Shown piece after piece: positions 5,844-14,959 of a stretch of 29,211 nucleotides of DNA (positions are counted from its first letter, which is position 1; each line of letters opens with the position of its first letter). Below the pieces are notes generated by a model. It searched no databases. It saw only the letters and a list, made by a program, of their open reading frames with translations, and was not told the origin of the DNA. The stretch is from a virus, in the IMG/VR virus record IMGVR_UViG_3300042806_000219, positions 1 through 29,211 of that record. One strand, written 5' to 3'. The position numbers and the translations under genes are program-made.

Positions 5844-6282
5844 TGTTGTGGGCCGGCCTGCACCACAGGGGTCGAAAAAGTCAATAGGGAATAATCGTTT
5901 TGTAGAGTCATCCAAGTTTCTTCCGGCTTGGCGAAAAGATGTGCGCGTTGCTGCGGAGCACTCTGTGTTGGTGAACGGTTGGGTCAGAGTGTCGGGGCCG
6001 GTTGAGTTAGAAGTCATGTTCTATCTTGACCGGCCTTCTTCCGTGTCAACAGTGAAACGCCCTTACCCTGTTGTCCCGCCTGACATTGACAAGTTGCTTC
6101 GGAGCGTGCAGGACTCGTTGACCGGGGTTGTGTATGAGGATGATGCGCAGGTGATCCGTGTTTTGGCGTGGAAGGTGTACGCGGACACGAGGGTTCCGGG
6201 GGCTTTCATCCGTGTCAACGAATTGTCACAATATGATAACGAGCCGTTTCAATCCTTCGATTTCCTAGATCTGCACGAATAA
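5827..6282 (+). CDS. rusA: RusA-family Holliday junction resolvase
   Basis: 151 aa. GRPAPQGSKK...ELEVMFYLDRP...PPDIDKLLRSVQDSLTGVVYEDDAQV matches the RusA pattern (PD-x-D-N/K-L-x-K...D-A/S-L...DD-x-Q-V). Confidence 0.85.
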   Translation: MELTFDVVGRPAPQGSKKSIGNNRFVESSKFLPAWRKDVRVAAEHSVLVNGWVRVSGPVELEVMFYLDRPSSVSTVKRPYPVVPPDIDKLLRSVQDSLTGVVYEDDAQVIRVLAWKVYADTRVPGAFIRVNELSQYDNEPFQSFDFLDLHE

Positions 6283-6313
6283 ACTTCCAATCAACCTACG
6301 AAAGGAAGCACCA

Positions 6314-6553
6314 ATGAGTGTTCAAGCAACATTGCAGAAGCAAGCAAGCAAGATTAGTGATGACCTGTTCGCGCCCTACTATGAGGCGGCCCGACTGTTG
6401 CAGGATGACAACCTGATTTGGGATAAGGACTTCGATGACATTCGCGGAGCTTTGGCACTGGCGTTGAAGGAGTGCGCGTTGACCCGAAACCTGAACCCGT
6501 GGTTCTTGGAGGTCGCATACAAACTGATTGCGACTACTAGGGCTAATGCTTGA
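6314..6553 (+). CDS. Hypothetical protein
   Basis: 79-aa ORF, AAGGAAG upstream of the ATG. Confidence 0.65.
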   Translation: MSVQATLQKQASKISDDLFAPYYEAARLLQDDNLIWDKDFDDIRGALALALKECALTRNLNPWFLEVAYKLIATTRANA

Positions 6554-6782
6554 GGATATGACTCCTCCGGTGCGCGTTTTTCCGTGCATGATTCGCACCG
6601 TGTTGGGGAACCTGAGCACTGTTGACCAAAAGATTTTGCGCACTGCTCTCGCAGATCGTGATGCTTGGAGTCATCGGGCGCTGGGGAAAGCTTTGTCTGA
6701 CCGTGGTATCCCGTTGGGGGAGAAGATTATTCGTGACCGTAGGGACAGACCTTGCGATGACTGTGTCTGTAGGGTGGACTAA
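6546..6782 (+). CDS. Hypothetical protein, possible DNA-binding
   Basis: Track ORF 6528-6782 trimmed to ATG 6546, which overlaps the previous stop (ATGCTTGA). C-terminal CDDCVC. Confidence 0.55.
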   Translation: MLEDMTPPVRVFPCMIRTVLGNLSTVDQKILRTALADRDAWSHRALGKALSDRGIPLGEKIIRDRRDRPCDDCVCRVD

Positions 6783-7933
6783 TGCTAGAGAACCTCGAGC
6801 CTGCACAGCGGGTGAAAGCTCCGAAAGACTTTCGACCAGGGCTACAGTTTGACGGTAACGAGGGTATTGCCACCACTGAGGGTTTACCTGCAGCCCCAAA
6901 CTTTGACGAGTTCCTGTTGGAGCGCGGCTACCCACCTGACGAGTATGAGATTGTGGGCACACCACGGACTTCGCAGTGGCAGCGTTGGGATGGGGAGTGG
7001 CTGACGGCGTACAGGTTCCATTTCCGCAGGAAGGTGACAGACCTCGACCTGCCCACGTTGTACGCGCAGGCGAAACGCACCACACCGAAGCCTCCAAAAA
7101 AATCCCGTAACACTCGCACATATGTGATTTGTCCTGCTGATTACCAGATTGGTAAGGGCGGCTCGAGGGGCGGACATGAGGAGAGCATCCAACGGATTCA
7201 TGCCAGCTATGCCCGCATTGAGGAGAAGCTGAAGGCAGGCAACTACGACCACATAGTCATCCTGGACATGGGGGACATTGTGGAAGGCGTGTCGAACAAG
7301 GCTGACATGGATCAGTTGATAACCAACACGCTGAGCCCGATGCAGCAGGTTGACTTAGCTTCGGCTCTCATCTGGGATCTCATCAAGTTGGCGTGCAAGT
7401 ACGCTTCAGTGACTTACGGGTCGGTTGCTTCCAACCATTGCCAGTTCCGTGTGAACAAGGCTGCGGTGGGTAGACCGGGCACGGATGACTGGGGCATTGT
7501 GATTCTGCAACAGATTCGCAGACTAGCCACCGAAGTAGGACTGCCCGTGGATCGTTGGCTTGTCCCACAACCTCATGATGAAGGGTTCGCCTTTGATGTG
7601 TTCGGTGACGGCTCACACATTCTGGGTGCGATTCACGGCCACCAGGTTGCACGGCCTGACGGGTTCCAAGCGTTCTGGACTAAAGCAGTATTCAACGACA
7701 CGTATCTTGCAGCGAGCACACTCATGGTGAGCGGGCACTTCCATCACCATCGCGTGGAGCAATTCTCGGGGGCTGAGGGTCGTGAGCGTTGGTGGGTGCA
7801 AGCGAGCACGATGGATAACGGTTCGGATTGGTTCACGAGGATGTCGGGTGGTGGTGGGGATTCGACCACAGCGGTGACCTGTTTCGAGTTGGAGGCGGGC
7901 GTGCCGTTCCGTGGGAAGATTGACTTACTGTGA
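6782..7933 (+). CDS. Calcineurin-like metallophosphoesterase (SbcD/Mre11-like nuclease or phosphatase) with an N-terminal extension of about 110 aa
   Basis: 383 aa. Ordered motifs LDMGDIVEG (GD), ASNHC (GNH-like), IHGHQ and SGHFHHH (GHxH). Confidence 0.7.
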   Translation: MLENLEPAQRVKAPKDFRPGLQFDGNEGIATTEGLPAAPNFDEFLLERGYPPDEYEIVGTPRTSQWQRWDGEWLTAYRFHFRRKVTDLDLPTLYAQAKRTTPKPPKKSRNTRTYVICPADYQIGKGGSRGGHEESIQRIHASYARIEEKLKAGNYDHIVILDMGDIVEGVSNKADMDQLITNTLSPMQQVDLASALIWDLIKLACKYASVTYGSVASNHCQFRVNKAAVGRPGTDDWGIVILQQIRRLATEVGLPVDRWLVPQPHDEGFAFDVFGDGSHILGAIHGHQVARPDGFQAFWTKAVFNDTYLAASTLMVSGHFHHHRVEQFSGAEGRERWWVQASTMDNGSDWFTRMSGGGGDSTTAVTCFELEAGVPFRGKIDLL

Positions 7934-8247
7934 CCGATGAAAATCCCATTGACTTTGCGAAGATGATGGCATCAGAACGCGCACACAACAGACCACCAAT
8001 AGAGATCATCACACCAGCGTTCCGAGGGGTAGCACAAAACTTCTTCTCCCTACCGTTGTACCTGTTCCTGGATTTGAAGGCAGCACAACATGACAAGACA
8101 GGTGACGAGTTGCTCATCTTGTTTGATGCGGCAGAGCAAGCCTTCACAGAGTTGGACATGGAGAAGCTGGAAGACTTGACGATCACACAGTTCATCGAGG
8201 TCATGCAGTCTTGGGTTCACGCTTCAGGACACAATGAATTTCAATAG
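7930..8247 (+). CDS. Hypothetical protein
   Basis: 105 aa, GTG start in a GTGA overlap. Confidence 0.65.
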   Translation: MTDENPIDFAKMMASERAHNRPPIEIITPAFRGVAQNFFSLPLYLFLDLKAAQHDKTGDELLILFDAAEQAFTELDMEKLEDLTITQFIEVMQSWVHASGHNEFQ

Positions 8248-8545
8248 CCCCTGCCTGAAATGCGGAATCCTGGTGCGCGGTTCTTCATACTGTGGGGGGT
8301 GTCGGCCTATACGGGTGGACTCCCCGGAACGACAGGCTAAGAAACGTGAGTTATATAACGCTGACTATAGGAAACGCAGGAAGCAAATAAAATCCCAAGC
8401 CACCCACTGCCACCTATGCAATAAGCCATTCGAGTTCGGGGACAGCATAGAGGCAGACCACCTCATCGCAGGACACCCGGACTCCCCGCTCGCACCAGCT
8501 CATCGTGAATGCAACCGTAGACGAGGCAACAAGCCACTACTGTAG
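8234..8545 (+). CDS. HNH endonuclease
   Basis: 103 aa. CLKCG...CGGC zinc ribbon followed by CHLCNKPF...ADHLIAGH...APAHRECNRRRGNK (HNH). Confidence 0.8.
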   Translation: MNFNSPCLKCGILVRGSSYCGGCRPIRVDSPERQAKKRELYNADYRKRRKQIKSQATHCHLCNKPFEFGDSIEADHLIAGHPDSPLAPAHRECNRRRGNKPLL

Positions 8546-8689
8546 GGGCCCCGTACGGGTCAACTAGGGGTGGGGTAAATATTAAAACACGTTTCGACCG
8601 TCACCCGCCGCCCCAGCCTTCTTGTTCTCTGCAACCATAGACAAGATTCCTGAACCCGCCCTACTTTTACAGAGTAGACTAGAAGGGCT

Positions 8690-9331
8690 ATGTGTTACGG
8701 CTGCGGAACTCTCGGGATTGACTGTATCGTGTTTGACGATCTCGGCCAATACTGCAGCCTAGATTGTCAGGCTTTGCGGGCTAAGCGCGGTGGAACTAAT
8801 GTGCCAAAGACTTTGGTGTGCCCGGTTTGTTCTACGAAGTTCTTGACTCGGAAGTGGCGATCTGTGAAGTATTGCTCGACAGAGTGCAAGGTGAACGGTA
8901 ATCGGGTTGCGGCTAGGGAACGTCATCAGCGCCTGATGGCAGAGCGTGGGCCGGTGAAAATTTGGTCGTGCGGTTTCTGTGACGGTGATATTGAGTTGCC
9001 TGTTTCCTACACTGGGGCCGGTAAGTACCATGACGATTGCAAGGTGAAGGCTAGGCGTGCGCGGAATCGGATTAAGACGGTTCGCAGGCAGGGCGCAAAG
9101 TCGGTGGAACGCATTACTCACGAGGAGGTTGCGGAGCGTGATGGTTTCGTTTGCCACATTTGCAAGCAGTTGGTGGATATGTCTTTGCCGAGGACTTCGA
9201 AGCTTGGCGCTACGCTTGACCACGTAATCCCCATTTCTAAGGGCGGCGTTGATTCTTTGGAAAATCTGAAGCTAGCTCATTGGGTTTGTAATGTTCGGAA
9301 GTCTGACAAGTTGGAGGATGTTGGTGCCTAA
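8690..9331 (+). CDS. HNH endonuclease with three N-terminal zinc-ribbon repeats; probable packaging-associated HNH
   Basis: 213 aa. Three C-x2-C...C-x3/4-C units, then GFVCHICK...LDHVIPISKGG...NLKLAHWVCNVRK (HNH). It overlaps the TerS start directly. Confidence 0.8.
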   Translation: MCYGCGTLGIDCIVFDDLGQYCSLDCQALRAKRGGTNVPKTLVCPVCSTKFLTRKWRSVKYCSTECKVNGNRVAARERHQRLMAERGPVKIWSCGFCDGDIELPVSYTGAGKYHDDCKVKARRARNRIKTVRRQGAKSVERITHEEVAERDGFVCHICKQLVDMSLPRTSKLGATLDHVIPISKGGVDSLENLKLAHWVCNVRKSDKLEDVGA

Positions 9332-9773
9332 CCCTGGTAAGTCTGCAAGCAATAAGCAGCTGATTGGTTCTCGTGCGCCTTCGGTCAGTGGTGATTCGAT
9401 TGAGTTGCATGAGGTTACTGACACACCAGAACCGTTGCGCCGTATTGATGGGCATGGCTTGGATTTGTGGAATCGTACTTGGTCGCTTGGTCAGACGTGG
9501 ATTTCGCAGGACACTGATATTGAGTTGCTTCAGTTGACTTGTGAAATGGTTGATGAGCGTGAGCAGTTGCGGTCTTACGTGTTGGAGAACATTGATGCTT
9601 GGCATGAGCGCCGGGCTTTGCGCGACTTGGATAAGGCGATTGTTTCTAATCTGTCCCTGCTGGGTTTCACGCCAACGGATCGTATGCGCCTGGGTGTTAG
9701 TCAGGTGAAGGCTAAGTCGAAACTTGAGGAGTTGATGGAGCGCCGCGCTAATCGTGAGGATGCGCGTGGATAG
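9318..9773 (+). CDS. terS: Terminase small subunit (P27-like)
   Basis: Track ORF 9291-9773 trimmed. ATG 9318 or GTG 9324 follows GGAGG (9313-9317). The C-terminal LGFTPTDRMRLGV motif is typical of P27-family TerS. Sits immediately upstream of TerL. Confidence 0.7.
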   Translation: MLVPNPGKSASNKQLIGSRAPSVSGDSIELHEVTDTPEPLRRIDGHGLDLWNRTWSLGQTWISQDTDIELLQLTCEMVDEREQLRSYVLENIDAWHERRALRDLDKAIVSNLSLLGFTPTDRMRLGVSQVKAKSKLEELMERRANREDARG

Positions 9774-11277
9774 TTGGCCTCCGGCCTGGTTGACTCCGGT
9801 TCCTGAAACGGCGTTGGCTAAGGGTCGGGTTATGGAGCCGGTGGTGGATTTCGTTGAGGCTTTCGGTATGGTGACGAAGGACTCTGTGGCGGGTAAGGCT
9901 GGGAGCCCGTTGGTGTTGCGTGAGTGGCAGAAGTCTTTGCTCGAACATTTGTTCGCATGGGATGAGGATGGAATCCGTGCACGTGTTTCCCTTGTCGGTA
10001 TGCCACGGAAATCAGGAAAAAGTGCGCTGGGTTCTGCGATTGGTCTTTACAGTTTGATTCTGGGCCCTCGTGGTGGGGAAGTGTATTCGGTGGCTGCGGA
10101 GAAGGAGCAGGCCCGCATTGTGTTTGCGGATGCTAAGCGCACTGTGGAGGCTTCGCCGGAGCTGTCAGCGTTGACGAAACTTTATCGGGATGCGATTGAG
10201 TTGCCTTCGTTCAACTCTGTGTATCGGGTGCTCAGTGCTGAGTCTGTGACTAAGGAAGGCTTGTCCCCGACCACGGTGATATTTGATGAGTTGCACGCGC
10301 AACCTGACCGGGAACTGTTTGATGTGTTCTCGCTCGCTATGGGTGCTCGTGGGAAACTTGCGACCCTCATTGCGATCACTACGGCTGGGGTTCGTTCGGA
10401 TCGCACTGGCAAAGATTCCATCGCGTTCAATCTCTATAACTATGGGAAGCGTTTGGCTTCGGGTGAGGAGAAGGATGACACGTTCTTTATGGCGTGGTGG
10501 GAGGCACCGGAGGGGGCTGATCATCGTGACCCTGAAACGTGGCGGGCCGCTAACCCTGGGTTTGGCGATTTGAATGCTGAGTCGGATTTTCATTCGGCTA
10601 TCAAACGCACACCTGAAGCGGAGTTTCGTATCAAGCGGTGCAATCAGTGGGTGTCGAGTGTGGAAACCTGGTTGCCTGCCGGGTCGTGGGATGAGTGTGC
10701 TGGTGAGGTAAACCTAACCTCGGATGATGAGATTGTGCTCGGGTTTGACGGGTCATATAACGGTGACGCTTCGGTGATTGTGGGTGCTGTTGTTCCGAAG
10801 GGTGACGAGCCTGTGAAGGTGTTTATGGTGAAGGCGTGGGAGAAGGATTTGGAGCATGACGGCCCTGAGTGGCGGGTGGACATTGGGGAGGTTGAGCAAA
10901 CAGTTTTGGATTTCTGTCAGAAACATAATGTGAAGGAGATCGCGTGCGACCCGTTCCGTTGGCAACGGTCTATGGAGTTTTTGGAGAATCAGGGGTTGCC
11001 GGTGGTGGCGTTTCCGCAGTCCCCGCAACGAATGATTAAGGCGTGTGCCGGATTCTTCGATGCTGTGGCCGAGAAGCGCCTAATCCATGACGGCGATCCG
11101 TTGCTTGCCCGCCACATAAGTAACACGGCTATCAAGTTGACTCCTGCCGGCCCTCACATCAAGAAGGAGTCCCCCTCGAGCCCCAGAAAAATTGATGCAT
11201 GTGTAGCCGCGATTCTGGCGGTTGACCGGGCCTCCGGTAAGATAGAAGAAACGGTTGTGCCCGAGTTTTTTGGTTAG
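9766..11277 (+). CDS. terL: Terminase large subunit
   Basis: About 503 aa. Walker A-like MPRKSGKSALGS and Walker B-like TVIFDELHA. GTG 9766 lies 5 nt after GAGGA; alternative starts are GTG 9754 and ATG 9760. Confidence 0.9.
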   Translation: MDSWPPAWLTPVPETALAKGRVMEPVVDFVEAFGMVTKDSVAGKAGSPLVLREWQKSLLEHLFAWDEDGIRARVSLVGMPRKSGKSALGSAIGLYSLILGPRGGEVYSVAAEKEQARIVFADAKRTVEASPELSALTKLYRDAIELPSFNSVYRVLSAESVTKEGLSPTTVIFDELHAQPDRELFDVFSLAMGARGKLATLIAITTAGVRSDRTGKDSIAFNLYNYGKRLASGEEKDDTFFMAWWEAPEGADHRDPETWRAANPGFGDLNAESDFHSAIKRTPEAEFRIKRCNQWVSSVETWLPAGSWDECAGEVNLTSDDEIVLGFDGSYNGDASVIVGAVVPKGDEPVKVFMVKAWEKDLEHDGPEWRVDIGEVEQTVLDFCQKHNVKEIACDPFRWQRSMEFLENQGLPVVAFPQSPQRMIKACAGFFDAVAEKRLIHDGDPLLARHISNTAIKLTPAGPHIKKESPSSPRKIDACVAAILAVDRASGKIEETVVPEFFG

Positions 11278-11284
11278 GGGTCTG

Positions 11285-11413
11285 ATGGCTACGATTTTGC
11301 AGGTTGCGGGTATGGCCGGAATTACAGTGGGCGTGTTACTGCTGAGTGTTCCTGCCGGGTTGGTTGTTGGTGGGTTGTTTTTGTTGATTACCGGATTCGC
11401 GTTGGGGAAATAA
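11285..11413 (+). CDS. 42-aa membrane protein between terminase and portal
   Basis: Below the track cutoff. Translation MATILQVAGMAGITVGVLLLSVPAGLVVGGLFLLITGFALGK has two hydrophobic helices. It fills the TerL-portal gap exactly. Confidence 0.5.
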   Translation: MATILQVAGMAGITVGVLLLSVPAGLVVGGLFLLITGFALGK

Positions 11414-11416
11414 TAA

Positions 11417-12772
11417 GTGCTGAATAGACTTTTTGAGCAGCGGGCCGTTTCGTTTCAAACAATTTTCGAGGCCGGTGACGATCTAGCGTTCGGGAACCTG
11501 TCGGACACTGCGATTGATTCCAAGACTGTGTTCCAGGTGAACGCGGTTTATTCTGCCGTGTCGCTTATCGCTGACACGATTAGCACCTTGCCTTTGGATT
11601 GTTTCATCCGTATTGACGGTCAGAGGCGTGCGTTCCGACCTAAGCCTTCATGGGTTGACAAACCGGACATTGCGTTGCCTCGGGTGGCGTTCTATAACTC
11701 AGTCATTGTGTCTTTGATGCTTGACGGTAACGCTTTCATTCGCGTGTTCTCGAACCGTGCCGGTGAGGTTGTGAACCTGGTGGTGCTAAACCCTCGCGCT
11801 GTTGAGGTGAAGCGCACTCCTCGTGGCACGTTGACGTTCACTGTTGAGGGTGAGGGGAAGGTGCTTTCGCAGGAGGAAGTGATTTTCATTCCTGATGTGT
11901 TGCGGCCTGGCACTATCCGTGGTGTTTCGCGTGTGGAGGCTTTGAAAGAAAACTTTGGTTTGGCGTTGGCGTTGGAGAAGTTTGCTTCCACGTTTTTCGG
12001 TAATGGCACCAACCTTTCGGGTGTCATTGAGGTTGATTCCAACCTGACCAAAGAGCAGGCCGAGAACTTGCGGAACAGTTTCGACAATGCTCACCGTGGT
12101 TGGCGTAGAGGCCACCGTACCGGCATTCTGTCGGGTGGTGCGAAGTTCAAAACAACGCAGATTGACCCTGAGTCTTCGCAGAGTATTGAGGCCCGCAGAT
12201 TCGCTGTGGAGGATGTGGCCCGCGCTTTCAATATCCCCGCAAATATGTTGAACATTCCTGGGACTACGACTTACGCTTCGGTTGAGCAAAACAACATTCA
12301 GTTCATCACTCACACTTTGCGACCTATCGTTCAGAAACTTGAGGATGCGTTCTCACCTTTGATGACTCGTTACCCTGGTGGGGAAACAGCGTTTGTGAAG
12401 TGGAACCTGGACGGTTTGGCTCGCGCTGATATTCAGGCAAGAACTTCGGCTTATTCCACGATGATTCAGGCTGGTGTGATGTCTATCAATGATGTGCGCC
12501 GGTTGGAGGACATGAGCGACATTGACGATGCGGCTGCAAGTAATGTGCGGGTGCCGTTAGCGAATATCAACATTGATGGTGCTGACCTTGTGGCTGATGA
12601 GAAGCGTGTTCGTATGGCTCAGATTCTTGTGTTGTCTGGTTATGATCCTGCGGAGTCTTTGTCGGCGGTTGGGCTTGATCCGATTGCTCATACTGGTTTG
12701 GCTTCGACTCAGTTGCAGCCGGTGGCGCAGGTTGACCCTGAGAACCCTGGTGCCGTTTACGAGGTGCAATAA
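11417..12772 (+). CDS. Portal protein (HK97 family)
   Basis: 451 aa, positioned after TerL. The N-terminal VNAVYSAVSLIADTISTLPL motif is characteristic of HK97-type portals. Confidence 0.9.
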   Translation: MLNRLFEQRAVSFQTIFEAGDDLAFGNLSDTAIDSKTVFQVNAVYSAVSLIADTISTLPLDCFIRIDGQRRAFRPKPSWVDKPDIALPRVAFYNSVIVSLMLDGNAFIRVFSNRAGEVVNLVVLNPRAVEVKRTPRGTLTFTVEGEGKVLSQEEVIFIPDVLRPGTIRGVSRVEALKENFGLALALEKFASTFFGNGTNLSGVIEVDSNLTKEQAENLRNSFDNAHRGWRRGHRTGILSGGAKFKTTQIDPESSQSIEARRFAVEDVARAFNIPANMLNIPGTTTYASVEQNNIQFITHTLRPIVQKLEDAFSPLMTRYPGGETAFVKWNLDGLARADIQARTSAYSTMIQAGVMSINDVRRLEDMSDIDDAAASNVRVPLANINIDGADLVADEKRVRMAQILVLSGYDPAESLSAVGLDPIAHTGLASTQLQPVAQVDPENPGAVYEVQ

Positions 12773-13047
12773 TGCCGATAGAGCATAGACAGGTGACTGT
12801 GGGGACTGCTGTTGTGGAGATTGTTGGTCACGATAATCAGCCTCACGAGGTTCACGTTCACAACAACAACACTGACAACGCGCACATTCTTTATCTTGGC
12901 GGGTCGGCTGTCAGTACGGCTACGGGTTTCCGGCTTGGGGCTAATGAAACTTCTACGATGAACTTGGGGCCAGAGGATCGTCTTTTTGCGGTGTCTAATC
13001 ACAGTGCGACTGTGGCAAGCGTGTTGGATATTAGGAAACAGGACTAA
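12772..13047 (+). CDS. Hypothetical 91-aa protein between portal and protease
   Basis: TAATG overlaps at both ends. The sequence looks beta-rich and I recognise no family. Confidence 0.65.
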   Translation: MPIEHRQVTVGTAVVEIVGHDNQPHEVHVHNNNTDNAHILYLGGSAVSTATGFRLGANETSTMNLGPEDRLFAVSNHSATVASVLDIRKQD

Positions 13048-14621
13048 TGGCCCCGTATTTCATTTCTAACACGGCTGAGGGGTGTGATGGTTGGGCTACC
13101 GTGAAGGATGACGGTGAGGTGATGGGTTGCCACATGAGCAAAGAAGATGCCATTGACCAGGGTGTTGCGATTGCGCTGGCTGAGGATTCCACGTTTGAGG
13201 GTGAACGCTCTGTAAGGGCTGAACCTGGTGAGCTTGTGTTGGGCGATTTTGTGGAGTGGGATTCTTCGGGCGGGATGGCTCGGGGCCGTATCGAGCACAT
13301 TATGACTGAGGGCACTTTGGGGATTCCCGATTCGTCTTTCAGTATTGAGGCCACACCTGATGACCCTGCTGCGTTGATTCGCATTTACCGACGTGATGAG
13401 AATGATTCGGGTGAGGTGTATTGGGATGAGACTGACATTCTTGTCGGTCACAAGTTTTCGACTTTGACGAAGATTGACCCGTTACCTGGTGAGCCTGAAG
13501 ATGACGGTGACGAGGATGTTGACGGGTTGCGTGCAGTTGATTTGAGGCCGCCGGCGTATATGAGGGCTAGTGCTAGGCGTGGCCTGGAATGGCATCGTGA
13601 GGGTTTGTCTGGTGATGGGGTTGTGGATCGCACTATTCGTGAGGCTGCTGCTATGGCTGAAGGTAATGTGACGGCTGACAAGTGGGTTCGTTTGCGTGCG
13701 TGGATTGCCCGTCATCTTGTTGACATGGATGCCCCACAGAACACTCCGGGTGACGATAACTATCCTGGGCCTGGTGCTGTGGCGATGGCGTTGTGGGGTG
13801 GTGGCGGTTCGAAACGTAGTGCTCAACGCGCTTTCGAGTACGCTGACGGCGTGGTTGGTAGACTAGAAGCTGAGAATGAAGGCCGAGCGAAGGGCGAAGC
13901 GTTGAGCAAGTTGGAAACCCGTATTGTTGAGGTTGACAAGTTTGAAATCCGTGAGGATGCCTCCGGGATGTTTTTGGAGGGTTACGCTGCACTGTTCAAC
14001 TCTCGCAGTGAGAACTTGGGCGGGTTCACTGAAACTATTCAGCCTGGTGCGTTCCGTGCATCCCTACGATCGCGCAACGATGTGAAACTGTTGTGGAACC
14101 ATGATTCGGGTGCTGTGATGGGTTCGACTCGTGCCGGCACTTTGACGTTGACTGAGGATGAGCGTGGCCTGAAAGTTTCCGCAACACTGCCTGACACAAC
14201 TTATGGGCGTGATGCTCGTGAGCTGGTTCGCCGTGGCGATGTGACCGGGTTCTCGTTCGGGTTTTCTATGCCTGCCCGTGGCGGGGATGAGTGGAGTTCT
14301 GACGGTACTGAACGTGTTCTGAAGTCTGTGCGTTTGCACGAGGTTTCGCTTGTTGCTTTCCCGGCTTACCCTGCCACGAATGGCACGGCTACGGTTCGAG
14401 GGTTGGACAAGATTGCACAGCGGGCGAACGTGGATGCTGATGCTCTCGCTGATGCGTTGTTGAAGATTGAGAACGGTGAGGACATTTCTTCGGATGACCG
14501 CACCTTGTTGCAGACAGTGATTGACGAGCTGGCCCCGACCCCTGAAGCTCCGGTGGTGGATAACAGTTTGGAGATGCTCGCTTTGAAGAAGAAGAAGCTG
14601 CAACTTCTGATGGGGTACTGA
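13047..14621 (+). CDS. Prohead (capsid maturation) protease, HK97/S78 family, with an N-terminal extension of about 290 aa and a scaffold-like C-terminal tail
   Basis: 524 aa. Residues from about 295 to 450 (FEIREDASGMFLEGYAALFNSRSE...LLWNHD...GFSFGF...VSLVAFPAYPAT) match the HK97 prohead protease pattern. The N-terminal part has no recognisable motif. The C-terminus is helical and ends in KKKK. Confidence 0.8.
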   Translation: MAPYFISNTAEGCDGWATVKDDGEVMGCHMSKEDAIDQGVAIALAEDSTFEGERSVRAEPGELVLGDFVEWDSSGGMARGRIEHIMTEGTLGIPDSSFSIEATPDDPAALIRIYRRDENDSGEVYWDETDILVGHKFSTLTKIDPLPGEPEDDGDEDVDGLRAVDLRPPAYMRASARRGLEWHREGLSGDGVVDRTIREAAAMAEGNVTADKWVRLRAWIARHLVDMDAPQNTPGDDNYPGPGAVAMALWGGGGSKRSAQRAFEYADGVVGRLEAENEGRAKGEALSKLETRIVEVDKFEIREDASGMFLEGYAALFNSRSENLGGFTETIQPGAFRASLRSRNDVKLLWNHDSGAVMGSTRAGTLTLTEDERGLKVSATLPDTTYGRDARELVRRGDVTGFSFGFSMPARGGDEWSSDGTERVLKSVRLHEVSLVAFPAYPATNGTATVRGLDKIAQRANVDADALADALLKIENGEDISSDDRTLLQTVIDELAPTPEAPVVDNSLEMLALKKKKLQLLMGY

Positions 14622-14767
14622 TGGCAACGGTTGAGCAGATCGCGTTGATTCTTTTCGATGTTGTTGAGGATGTTGGTGTGGCTGAAATGTTGGCCCGCCG
14701 GATTGTTGGACTCGAGGACGAGCCGACTAAAGAAACCCGCGTTATGACGGTTGCCGAAAAGCGTTAA
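14621..14767 (+). CDS. 48-aa hypothetical protein
   Basis: Below the track cutoff. ATG 14621 overlaps the protease stop (TGATG). Translation MATVEQIALILFDVVEDVGVAEMLARRIVGLEDEPTKETRVMTVAEKR. Confidence 0.45.
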   Translation: MATVEQIALILFDVVEDVGVAEMLARRIVGLEDEPTKETRVMTVAEKR

Positions 14768-14793
14768 CAGTTTAGAGCGCCGTTGACGGGTTT

Positions 14794-14840
14794 GCCCCTG
14801 CCAGGTATTCCACCCTTTCCCTGGTAGGGGCTTTTCTTTT
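14794..14840 (+). terminator. Strong intrinsic terminator upstream of the capsid gene
   Basis: GCCCCTGCCAGG (14794-14805) pairs with CCTGGTAGGGGC (14820-14831): 12 bp with one G-U. The loop is 14 nt and TTTTCTTTT follows. Confidence 0.8.
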
Positions 14841-14959
14841 GGAACGGGTTGCACGGCACGGTTTACAATTAGAGGTAGCCGGTGTGCGTCATCGCTACGG
14901 TGAGCGATTCTGTGTTATCACGGTTGCGATCCATATTCATTTAGAAAGAAAGATTACTG

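Noticed and set aside
3846-7252. A series of long minus-strand ORFs (3846-4475, 4844-5455, 5496-6017, 6543-7121, 6884-7252)
   Set aside because: All overlap + strand genes with recognisable motifs (SSB, RusA, metallophosphoesterase). Their composition is Pro/Arg/His/Thr-rich and low-complexity, with no motifs. The same artefact recurs genome-wide (for example 14064-14627, 16206-16847, 18826-19434).
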